Shown: in pieces, positions 21,988-31,027 of the stretch
Numbering within the stretch: the stretch's first letter is position 1
Layout: every line of letters starts with the position of its first letter
DNA from: Myxococcales bacterium
Lineage (GTDB): Bacteria > Myxococcota_A > Polyangia > Polyangiales > Houyiibacteriaceae
DNA length: 64,000 bases
Direction: 5' to 3'
Assembly (NCBI GenBank): GCA_019637115.1
Contig: JAHBWH010000003.1
Location: 7,701 to 71,700 of the forward strand
Notes under the pieces: generated by a model
Told to the model about the DNA's origin: nothing
The model's database searches: none
What the model saw: the letters and a program-made list of their open reading frames with translations, nothing else
Translations under genes and position numbers: made by a program

Positions 21988-23201
21988 GACTTCAACGCCT
22001 TGTCGTCGGGCAGCGGCACGCCGAGCGCGCGGGCCTCGCCGAGCATCTTGATCGCCTTGGCGCGCGCCTGCGTCTTGTTGTGCGCCAGCTCGTCGCTGCC
22101 CGAGGTCTTCCGCTTACCCTTGGCAGCCTTCTCCTCGCGCGGCTCACTCTGCTTGTCGCCGAGGAGCCGGAGGTTCGCGAGGCTGGGGTCGAAGTGGACG
22201 TGGCGCGGGTTGATCGGCAGGCGCAGCATCCCTGGGCGGTCCGTCGACGACTGGAGGAGCGCCTTGCGCTCGGCGGCGGTCATGCCGGCGTAGCCGTCGG
22301 GCTGGTCCGCGACGAGCGCGTTGCGTAGGTCGACGAGGTCCACCTCGCGCTCGTCGAGCTGGAGGTGCGGGGACTTCTTCAGCCAGCCGCCTTCCTCGAC
22401 GTCGGGCGCTGCCGCACGCGCCGCCGCGAGTCGGAGAAGCCGCGCGAACTTCGCATCGCTGACGCGGAAGGCGGCGAGCAACTCGCCGTTGAGGCGGACC
22501 ACGTGCCGCTCCGGCTCGGAGGCGAACACCAGCTCGACGTCCTCGAAGAGCGCCTCCTTGGCCTTCGCGCGAGCCGCCCACGACTCGGGCCAGAGCAGCT
22601 TCAGCGCGCGGTGCAGCCGGAGCCCGGGCGCGTCGAGCCCAAGCTCGGCGTGACCATCGCCCACGAGCCGCGCCTCCCTTCGCCCCGCGACGACCACCGC
22701 GACCGCGTCGGCGCCCGACGCGCGCCGCAGCTCGAGGATCGCCCCGCGCTGCCCGCTGCCCTCGCTGGTGGCGAGCACCACCAGGGTGTGCCCCACGCGA
22801 CGCTCCAGGACCCCGAGGGGCAGCAGCCCTTCGAGCCCGGCGACGCTGGTGCCTGCGAGCACCTCCTCGGCGCACACGCGCGCCACGACGGGCCCAAGGG
22901 CCGCCGCGCGATCGAGGGCGAGCACGGCGAGCTCGGTCATCGTCAGCGGGATGGGCTCGCACTCGGCGGGAACGTTTCCGCAGACCGCGACGAACCCTCC
23001 GTCGCGCTCGTGGACCTGGCGCGGGCAGCCGTCGCCGCCGCCGTTGGGACACGGGAACACCCCGGCGCGCTCGCCGGTGGGCTTCAGGTGGGGCTTGAGC
23101 AGCGCGAAGTCCTGGCCGAAGCGCTCCTGCCACTCAGCGAGGATCGCGCGGTTCCAGGGCGCCGCCTCAAGCGACCGCTGCAGCCGGAGCAAGGTCTGCA
23201 T
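21984..23201 (-). CDS. protein B of the orphan operon: hypothetical, N-terminal Cys cluster, Lys-rich tail
   Basis: 405 aa. FPCPNGGGDGCPRQVHERDGGFVAVCGNVPAEC. No recognisable catalytic motif. ATGA overlap with protein C. Confidence 0.55.
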   Translation of the reverse strand: MQTLLRLQRSLEAAPWNRAILAEWQERFGQDFALLKPHLKPTGERAGVFPCPNGGGDGCPRQVHERDGGFVAVCGNVPAECEPIPLTMTELAVLALDRAAALGPVVARVCAEEVLAGTSVAGLEGLLPLGVLERRVGHTLVVLATSEGSGQRGAILELRRASGADAVAVVVAGRREARLVGDGHAELGLDAPGLRLHRALKLLWPESWAARAKAKEALFEDVELVFASEPERHVVRLNGELLAAFRVSDAKFARLLRLAAARAAAPDVEEGGWLKKSPHLQLDEREVDLVDLRNALVADQPDGYAGMTAAERKALLQSSTDRPGMLRLPINPRHVHFDPSLANLRLLGDKQSEPREEKAAKGKRKTSGSDELAHNKTQARAKAIKMLGEARALGVPLPDDKALKS

Positions 23202-24360
23202 CCTGCGCCTCCGGTGCCGACTTCACGAAGCCGCGGGCCGTGAGCCACGCCTCGACGACGCTCGCGTCGGAGTCGCGGGTGTAGCTCGCGATGTTCTGGG
23301 GACGGATGGTCACGGTGCGCGGCGTCTTCGCGTCCGTGAACTTCACGAGGAAGCTCGCCTTCACGAGGCGTCCCTTGGGGAGCTCCTTCTTGCGGCCCTT
23401 GAGCGCCTCGAAGAGGTCCTTCGCGCGACGGATCTCGATCTCGCCCTGGGGCCCGCCCCAGAGGATCTGCACCTCCTTCAGCGTGATGGTGTCGATGCCC
23501 TCGACGTCGCTGCAGATGAGCGCGGCGGCACCGTCGTCCTGCAAGGGCGCGAGCGTATACTTGGCGGTGTTCGGAAACCGCTTCGGGTCGCCGAAGAGCA
23601 GCTCGCCGAACAGCTCGCGGTAGAGCGCGACGAGCTTCTTGTTGCCCTCGGCGTTCACCGACAGTTCGCCGAGCCCCTGGTCGTACTTGAGCACGTCGTA
23701 CTTCTCGGGCCGGTAGTAGACCGAGGTCATCCCGGTCTTCTCAATCGAGCCCTCGCGCTTGAAGGGATCTCCGCGACGCACGAGGAACCAGATGCCGTCG
23801 GGGCGCGGGAACACGAACAGCTTGCAGGTCCGCCCTCGCTTCATCGCCTCGAGTCGAATGCCGAGCGCGTCCTCGCAGGCCCGCAGCTTCTTGGCTCCGG
23901 GCGCCCGGTACTTGGTGTCGACGCCGTCCGGCGACTGGAAGTACTCGAACGTCCGGCGGCGCTGCAGAAGAAAGTGCTCGGCGTGCTTCTGCTCGAGCAA
24001 TGCGGGCGCGCGCAGCCGCACCTGCACCGCGACGTCGGCGGGCGTCGGCTCGTCGCCGACGTCGAGCTTCACGCCCGCGGCGGCAGCCGCCTCCAGGAGA
24101 CCGTCCATCGCGTCAGCCGTGGCCATCTCGTCGACGTAGTAGAGGTCGTCGATCAGCTCGCTCGGCGTCTGCTCGTCGGGCGTCATCAGCACGGCAGCGA
24201 TGGCCTCGTAGTCGGGGCCGTGCCCGTTGAACGAGCCGAAGTCGACGCCACGCGTCGCGAAGTAGGCCGCCTGCTTGTCGAGCAGGTCCATCAGGTACTT
24301 GGCCTGCACGGCTTGCAGCGACTCGGCGCTGGAGAAGTGTCGGAGCGTGAACGTGGCCAT
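23167..24360 (-). CDS. protein A of the orphan operon: hypothetical
   Basis: 397 aa with coding-like composition. I recognise no motif. The 3' end overlaps gene B by 35 nt. Confidence 0.55.
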   Translation of the reverse strand: MATFTLRHFSSAESLQAVQAKYLMDLLDKQAAYFATRGVDFGSFNGHGPDYEAIAAVLMTPDEQTPSELIDDLYYVDEMATADAMDGLLEAAAAAGVKLDVGDEPTPADVAVQVRLRAPALLEQKHAEHFLLQRRRTFEYFQSPDGVDTKYRAPGAKKLRACEDALGIRLEAMKRGRTCKLFVFPRPDGIWFLVRRGDPFKREGSIEKTGMTSVYYRPEKYDVLKYDQGLGELSVNAEGNKKLVALYRELFGELLFGDPKRFPNTAKYTLAPLQDDGAAALICSDVEGIDTITLKEVQILWGGPQGEIEIRRAKDLFEALKGRKKELPKGRLVKASFLVKFTDAKTPRTVTIRPQNIASYTRDSDASVVEAWLTARGFVKSAPEAQDADLAPAAAVA

Positions 24361-24363
24361 GGC

Positions 24364-24435
24364 TCAGCCCTCCTCGCGAGCGAAGAGGACGCCGCGAAGC
24401 GACGTCGGGTTGTGGGCGGTGGCGGTGAGCTGCAT
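24364..24435 (-). CDS. possible 23-codon leader ORF (MQLTATAHNPTSLRGVLFAREEG)
   Basis: ATG preceded by AGGAG at a spacing of about 8 nt. Its stop lies 3 nt before the ATG of gene A. It is too short for the ORF track. Confidence 0.2.
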   Translation of the reverse strand: MQLTATAHNPTSLRGVLFAREEG

Positions 24436-24446
24436 GGCGACGTCTC

Positions 24447-24472
24447 CTGTGAACTGTGAACTAAACTGTGGA
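24447..24472 (-). promoter_or_regulatory. three CTGTG(A/G)A repeats (plus-strand spelling) in the operon leader
   Basis: cctgtgaactgtgaactaaactgtgga. This is the most AT-rich patch between the ImmA stop and gene A. Confidence 0.35.
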
Positions 24473-24499
24473 CACTCCGAGCACGGCAAAGCCGTGCGG

Positions 24500-25201
24500 C
24501 TACAGCAGGCTCCTCTGCGGGTTCGACGCGTCGAGGACGAGGTTCAGGTCCAGGAGGCGGTAACGCATCGCCTCGTTCGACACGTTGGTGAAGTTGCCCT
24601 TCGCCATCACCTCGGTGGCGAGGTCGCGGAGCTTCTCGTCGAGCACGCGAGCCTTCCGCTTCGCCTCGACGTCTTCCCACGTCGGCAGCGTGTCACCGCA
24701 GAGCGCACGCACGGTGGCGCGCACGTCGGCCGCAGGCATGAGGAGCGCTGCGGCGAACCGGTCCGCCTGCCACTCGACGGGCGCCTTCTTCTGGCTGGAG
24801 CGGCAGAAGATGGTGGGCTGCTTGGGCACGTCATCCTTGCCGAACAGCGGGGCCGTGACCTGCTCCATCTCGATGAGCGGGCGGTGCAGGTACCAGTGCC
24901 CACCCTCGTGGGCGAGCGTGAACGCGAGGCGTCCCTCCTTGCCCTCGATCATCAGGGACTCGTCGATGAAGACGCGCTGGTCCTTGATGAACGTCGCGCC
25001 GAGCACGTCGGGCACGCCGATGAAGTCGGGCAGGTCGATGTAGACGAGGTCGAGCTTGAAGTAGCCCTCGAGGATGTTCTCGACGTCGATGGGCGCGCGC
25101 ACGGGCTTGCCCTTCTCCTTGGCGTACTTGTGCAGCAGCTCGTTGGCCGCGCGCTCGACCTGCTTCTCGTGCAGGTAGGGGACCTTCAGCTCTGGAATCA
25201 T
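24500..25201 (-). CDS. ImmA/IrrE-family metallopeptidase
   Basis: Last 233 codons of ORF 24500..26791. HEXXH as LAHEGGHWYLH, and downstream EWQADRFAAALLMP. Confidence 0.8.
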   Translation of the reverse strand: MIPELKVPYLHEKQVERAANELLHKYAKEKGKPVRAPIDVENILEGYFKLDLVYIDLPDFIGVPDVLGATFIKDQRVFIDESLMIEGKEGRLAFTLAHEGGHWYLHRPLIEMEQVTAPLFGKDDVPKQPTIFCRSSQKKAPVEWQADRFAAALLMPAADVRATVRALCGDTLPTWEDVEAKRKARVLDEKLRDLATEVMAKGNFTNVSNEAMRYRLLDLNLVLDASNPQRSLL

Positions 25202-25551
25202 TTGCCCCCCTTCTTCTTCGTCTCGAGCCACTCCAGGAACTCCGCGCCCGTCACGTTCTGCTCGCGGGCGCGCCGCAACATCACGGGCATGTCCGGGTCC
25301 GCCTTGATCAGCTTCTCGACGTCCTCTGGCACGCGGCCGGCGAGCTGCATCAGCTCGTCGAGGTTGTCCTCCAGCACGTCGGCCAGTGCGCGGAGCGTCT
25401 TCTCCGTGGGCGGGCTCGGGTCGAGGCAGTTCTCGACGCGCGACAGGTACGTCGGCGACACGCCGACCTTGTTCGCCGTCTCGCGAAGGCTCAGGTCGCG
25501 GGCGATGCGCACGCGCTTCAGTCGATGTCCGAGTTTCTCTCGCTTGACCAT
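25198..25551 (-). CDS. XRE-family HTH transcriptional regulator
   Basis: Internal ATG at 25551. LGHRLKRVRIARDLSLRETANKVGVSPTYLSRVE. ATGA overlap with ImmA. Confidence 0.8.
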   Translation of the reverse strand: MVKREKLGHRLKRVRIARDLSLRETANKVGVSPTYLSRVENCLDPSPPTEKTLRALADVLEDNLDELMQLAGRVPEDVEKLIKADPDMPVMLRRAREQNVTGAEFLEWLETKKKGGK

Positions 25552-25584
25552 TTCGCTCGCTCGTCCCGGGCGGCAGGCCTGGGA

Positions 25585-25614
25585 TGCAGTGTGCAGTAGA
25601 TACTGCACACTGCA
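25585..25614. promoter_or_regulatory. 30-bp palindromic operator candidate
   Basis: tgcagtgtgcagta-ga-tactgcacactgca has perfect 14-bp arms. It lies between the divergent XRE gene (25551) and the small ORF at 25692. Confidence 0.6.
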
Positions 25615-25691
25615 CACCCGGCGCAAGAGGGATCAGGCAGTGGATGATCTCCCTGTCCCACCGCGCCCATCGGGACCGCGTTTTCCGTCCC

Positions 25692-25877
25692 ATGAACGCG
25701 ATCCCGACGCCGCCCGCGAGCGCGGCCGCACCTGCCACCGAGAGCGCCGAGGAGCGCCGCGCCGACCGTGAGCGCCGCCTCGACGAGGCCGCGTCCATCC
25801 TCGCCCGGACGCTGCTCGACATGTGGCGGCGCGAGCACCGCGCACGACGAGAAGCAGCCAGCGGAGGTGCGTCGTGA
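25692..25877 (+). CDS. small protein (61 aa) with an EERRAD..LLxMWR..HRA module
   Basis: Internal ATG of ORF 25584..25877. Its core is about 55% identical by eye to the N-terminus of the GNAT protein at 51767..52513. Confidence 0.4.
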   Translation: MNAIPTPPASAAAPATESAEERRADRERRLDEAASILARTLLDMWRREHRARREAASGGAS

Positions 25878-25978
25878 GGTCGGCGCTCTCGCGGGCTCTC
25901 GCCTTGTCTTCCACCGGGGAAGAAGCCGTCATGCCCGAGGCGCGCGAGCACGGTGCTCTCGCGAACCACGGAGGCACG

Positions 25979-26560
25979 ATGAACAAACCGACCACGAGAT
26001 CCCGCGCCGAGATGCGCAGGCTCGACGACATGCCGAGCCAGCTCGCCGCGCTCGAGACCATGAACGTCCCGGCGCTCGCCGAAAAGTACCGCGAGCTTTA
26101 CGGCGAGCCCACCCGCTCGCGGAACCGGGCGTACCTGAAGAAGCGCCTGGCCTGGCGCATCGAGGCGAACTTCCAGGGCGACCTGTCGCAGGGCGCCATC
26201 GCGCGCATCCACCAGCTCGGCGATCAGCTCCCCGAGCGCTGGCAGATGCGGCTCGGGCAGCCCGCGAACGCAGCCGACGCGACGAGCGACGACGCCCCGG
26301 CGCCGACGACGCAGGCGGTCCTCGCGGCGACGGAGCCCCGCGATCCCCGCGTGCCGCCGCCGGGCACCGTCATCAGCCGCGTCTTCGACGGCAAGACCCA
26401 CGAGGTGACGGTCTGCGTCGAGGGCTTCGAGTACGCGGGCCGAAAGTACAAGACGCTCTCTGCCATCGCGACGCAGATCGCTGGAACGCGCTGGAACGGC
26501 TACCTCTTCTTCGGGCTCAAGAAGCACGGCGACGGCGCGAGCGAGGAGACCGCGGCATGA
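25979..26560 (+). CDS. DUF2924-like protein
   Basis: LAEKYRELYGEPTRSRNRAYLKKRLAWRIE and C-terminal GFEYAGRKYKTLSAIATQIAGTRWNGYLFFGL. This family commonly precedes large serine recombinases. The start could instead be at 25931. Confidence 0.65.
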   Translation: MNKPTTRSRAEMRRLDDMPSQLAALETMNVPALAEKYRELYGEPTRSRNRAYLKKRLAWRIEANFQGDLSQGAIARIHQLGDQLPERWQMRLGQPANAADATSDDAPAPTTQAVLAATEPRDPRVPPPGTVISRVFDGKTHEVTVCVEGFEYAGRKYKTLSAIATQIAGTRWNGYLFFGLKKHGDGASEETAA

Positions 26561-26735
26561 GCAGCGACTTCTTCCGCACCCGCATGGGCCAGACGTTCTA
26601 CGAAGCGACAATGCCGTCGCTCGTGCGCGAGCTGGCGCGCCTGAACCAGAACCTCGAGCGGCTCGTCGCCATTGCCGAGGAGCGAGAGGCGAAGCCCGCC
26701 GAGCCCGCGCCCGTCGCGACCGCGCCGGAGGAGCG

Positions 26736-26739
<4 letters not shown>
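26557..26739 (+). CDS. small hypothetical protein (60 aa)
   Basis: ATGA overlaps at both ends (26557 and 26736). Helical-looking MSSDFFRTRMGQTFYEATMPSLVRELARLNQNLERL. Confidence 0.4.
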
Positions 26740-28276
<1,537 letters not shown>

Positions 28277-28280
<4 letters not shown>

Positions 28281-28741
28281 GCGATCGCCAGACCAGCGAC
28301 GAGGGCGCCAGGAAGAACACGCCGAGCGACTACCGGGTGATCGAGGAGCCGATCTTCTGGCGCCGAAGCCGCAGCGTGGAGCTCACCCCGACGCCGCCAC
28401 CTGACAAGCCCGAGCCCGTGCGACGCCCCGCCAAGGTCGCCCGGCAGCTCGCCCTCGCGCACCACCTGCAGGCCGCCATCGAGCGCGGGCTCGTGGCCGA
28501 CCAGGCCGCCCTGGCGCGCAAACTGGGGCTCACGCGCGCCCGCGTCACGCAGCTTTTCGACCTGCTCATGCTGGGCGCCGACCTCCAAGAGCAGGTGCTG
28601 GCCCTCGAAGCCGTCGACGGCGCCGAGCCGATGGCCGAGCGAACGCTGCGGGAGGTGGCCCACGCGGGTACGTGGGCCGAGCAGCGGGCAGCGTTGGAGA
28701 AGCTGATGGCCGCGCGCGTTGACGAGACGAAGCGCTTCTGA
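28277..28741 (+). CDS. HTH DNA-binding protein
   Basis: GTG start overlapping the recombinase stop (GTGA). LARKLGLTRARVTQLFDLLMLGADLQEQVL. Confidence 0.5.
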
Positions 28742-28895
28742 CCCGAAAAGGGGCGCGCGCGCCCTCCGGTAGCCCGTACTGACTCCCCGAGCGCTCCTCT
28801 GGTCTTTTCGACTCTAGTCCGCTCTTGTTGGCTGGGCTGGCTCGGCGTACCCTGCTCCGGTGCGCAGTGTTCCCCACCCAATCGGAGCGGAGCCG

Positions 28896-29105
28896 ATGAC
28901 GACAGAGCCTTGGGCTTCCGTAGAAGACGTCGCCAAGCACCTCGGCGTCGCGAAGGATTCCGTCTACCGCTGGATCGAGAGCCGGCACCTCCCCGCCCAC
29001 AAGATCGGGCGCCTGTGGAAATTCAAGCTCTCAGAGGTCGACGAGTGGGTGAGAGCCGGCGGCGCTGACGCCGACGACGGCGCCGACAAGGGAGGCGCCC
29101 GGTGA
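28896..29105 (+). CDS. excisionase/MerR-type HTH protein
   Basis: WASVEDVAKHLGVAKDSVYRWIESRHLPAHKIGRLWKFKLSEVDEWV. It is directly coupled to the next gene. Confidence 0.7.
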   Translation: MTTEPWASVEDVAKHLGVAKDSVYRWIESRHLPAHKIGRLWKFKLSEVDEWVRAGGADADDGADKGGAR

Positions 29106-29665
29106 GCACCGAACTCGACCTCGACCGCCTGCTCAAGCTGCGCCTCGTCGTAGCGCGCTTCGGCGAGATGGACCTCGCCAAGTGGTGGAACACCAAGGGC
29201 CAGCTCGGGCGCCTCGGCGCTGCTGCCCTTCGGCGTGGCTTTCCGCGCACACACCGCTTCGCGCAGGCTCGCTCGGTGTTCGCAGTCGCCGCCCACCGCT
29301 GCAGCGAGGTCTTCGAGCCCCCGGGCTGCGTCACGCTCTGGCGCCTCCCCGAGGCCGTCGAGGAGGCCTTCGACGCGCGCTGGGAACATTGGCTCGACCA
29401 CGCGGGCGAGTGGAGTGCGTTCTTCGAGAAGCTCGAGGCGCTTTCGGGCACCGACCTTATCGAGGTCCTGCGCGCCTCCGAGCTGGTCGAGGCGCGCGAC
29501 GTTGAGGCCTACGGCAAGCTGAAGCGCTCGGCCGAGGGGCGCGCCGTCCCACTGCCCGGCATTTTCTCAGGCACCGACGCCGACGTCGCGCTTCTGGCGC
29601 TCGGCTTCGCGCGCGGCGAGCCCTCCGCGCTGGCCGTCCCCTACGCGAGGAAGGCCGAAGCATGA
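29102..29665 (+). CDS. BREX-associated protein of unknown function (possibly BrxE-like)
   Basis: 187 aa. GTGA overlap upstream and ATGA overlap with brxA. I cannot confirm family membership by eye. Confidence 0.4.
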   Translation: MSTELDLDRLLKLRLVVARFGEMDLAKWWNTKGQLGRLGAAALRRGFPRTHRFAQARSVFAVAAHRCSEVFEPPGCVTLWRLPEAVEEAFDARWEHWLDHAGEWSAFFEKLEALSGTDLIEVLRASELVEARDVEAYGKLKRSAEGRAVPLPGIFSGTDADVALLALGFARGEPSALAVPYARKAEA

Positions 29666-30447
29666 AGGCTAGCTCGCGCGCGAACGTCGCCTCGTCCTTC
29701 ACCGTCGTGAAGGGCGCGATGATCGAGGAGACCTACGCCGTGTTTGCGGCGTGGGACTTCGAACGTTCGAAGCGCGAGAACCTCGACCGCCTGCGTGAGC
29801 AGAACTTTATCGGCGCGAAGAGCGCTACCTGGCTTCGCGACGTCGCCAAGGTGCTGAACCGTCGCTTTGATCCCGCGGGCCGGGACCGCCCCCTCGTCGT
29901 GCTGGCGAAGCACGGTTTGCCCGTCGAGGAATGGAAGCCACTGCTTCTCTGGCACATGACGCGCGACGAGTTCCTCGTCCGCGACTTCCTCGAGAGCTGG
30001 CTCTTCGGCGCGTACGACGGCGGCGCGTTTCGTGTCCACACGGAGGACGTCGAGAAGTACCTGGGCGACATCGGCAAGCGTGGCGGCACGACCGAGCACG
30101 CGTGGTCCGAGCAGACCACTAAGCGCGTGGCGGCAGGGTTGCTCAAGATGGCCGTCGACTTCGGCCTCCTGCGTGGCTCGGTCGCCAAGGAGTTCGTCTC
30201 GTTTCACCTTCCCGAGCGCAGCTTCCTCTACCTGCTCCACGCGATGCGTGACGAGAAGCTGAGCCCGTCGAAGCTCGTCGCCTCGCGGGAGTGGCGCCTG
30301 TTCCTCATGCGCCCTTCCGACGTCGAGCACGAGCTTCTGCGTCTGCATCAGTACCGCAAGCTCGAATACCAGGTCGCTGGCAGCCTCGTGCAGCTCTCGT
30401 TGCCCTGCGCGAGCACCCGTGAGTACGCAGAGAGGATGGTTGCATGA
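29662..30447 (+). CDS. brxA: BrxA (DUF1819-like)
   Basis: Position and size immediately 5' of brxB/brxC, helical composition (..LLLWHMTRDEFLVRDFLESWLF..) and 4-nt overlaps on both sides. Confidence 0.7.
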   Translation: MKASSRANVASSFTVVKGAMIEETYAVFAAWDFERSKRENLDRLREQNFIGAKSATWLRDVAKVLNRRFDPAGRDRPLVVLAKHGLPVEEWKPLLLWHMTRDEFLVRDFLESWLFGAYDGGAFRVHTEDVEKYLGDIGKRGGTTEHAWSEQTTKRVAAGLLKMAVDFGLLRGSVAKEFVSFHLPERSFLYLLHAMRDEKLSPSKLVASREWRLFLMRPSDVEHELLRLHQYRKLEYQVAGSLVQLSLPCASTREYAERMVA

Positions 30448-31022
30448 GCGACCTCGAACACCGCCTGAAGCAGAACCTCGAGCCGATCCTCGAGCTGCCC
30501 GATCCCCGGCCACGCATCAGCGCGTACCACGACATGCCCTACGCGCTCTTCCGCTACGACCCGGAGGAAGAGTTTCCGCTGCGTCAGCAGGTGAAGCTGC
30601 TCGAGACCCGTCTCGAACAGAAGGGCAAGCGCGTGCGCCGCATCTCGCTGGCCCAGTGCCTCGACGCCGCGATGCGCCTGCAGCGCCCGCTGCCCGAGTG
30701 GTTCGAGGTCGAGCGCGAGCTCGGCACGGAGACCGTGGTCGAGACGGTCCACGCTGTGCTCTCCGAGGGCGAGTCGTCGCTCGTCGACCTCGTTGCATCG
30801 CAGCTCCCGGAGGATGGGGACCCGCTTCACGACATCGTCTTCATCCTGCGCACCGGCGCGCTGTTCCCCGTGTACCGCACCTTCTCGCTGCTGGAGCAGC
30901 TCAAGGGCCGCGTCTACGTTCCGACCGTTCTCTTCTACCCCGGCGACCTCGATGGCGCGGCAGGCCTGCGCTTCATGGGCGTGCTCGACGCGGAGCACAA
31001 CTACCGCCCGAAGATCTTCTGA
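30444..31022 (+). CDS. brxB: BrxB (DUF1788-like)
   Basis: 192 aa. ISAYHDMPYALFRYDPEEEF...VLFYPG pattern and position before brxC. Confidence 0.75.
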   Translation: MSDLEHRLKQNLEPILELPDPRPRISAYHDMPYALFRYDPEEEFPLRQQVKLLETRLEQKGKRVRRISLAQCLDAAMRLQRPLPEWFEVERELGTETVVETVHAVLSEGESSLVDLVASQLPEDGDPLHDIVFILRTGALFPVYRTFSLLEQLKGRVYVPTVLFYPGDLDGAAGLRFMGVLDAEHNYRPKIF

Positions 31023-31027
31023 GGACC

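Noticed and set aside
28745-28775. GGGCGCGCGCGCCC palindrome after the HTH gene as a rho-independent terminator or att core
   Set aside because: The stem has no loop, and the T-run follows it only on the minus strand, where no gene ends. Such GC palindromes are frequent in this composition.
30419-31027. 203-codon N-terminal extension of the brxC ORF
   Set aside because: It overlaps brxB in another frame and translates to Arg/Pro-rich sequence. The conserved BrxC N-terminus starts at ATG 31028.
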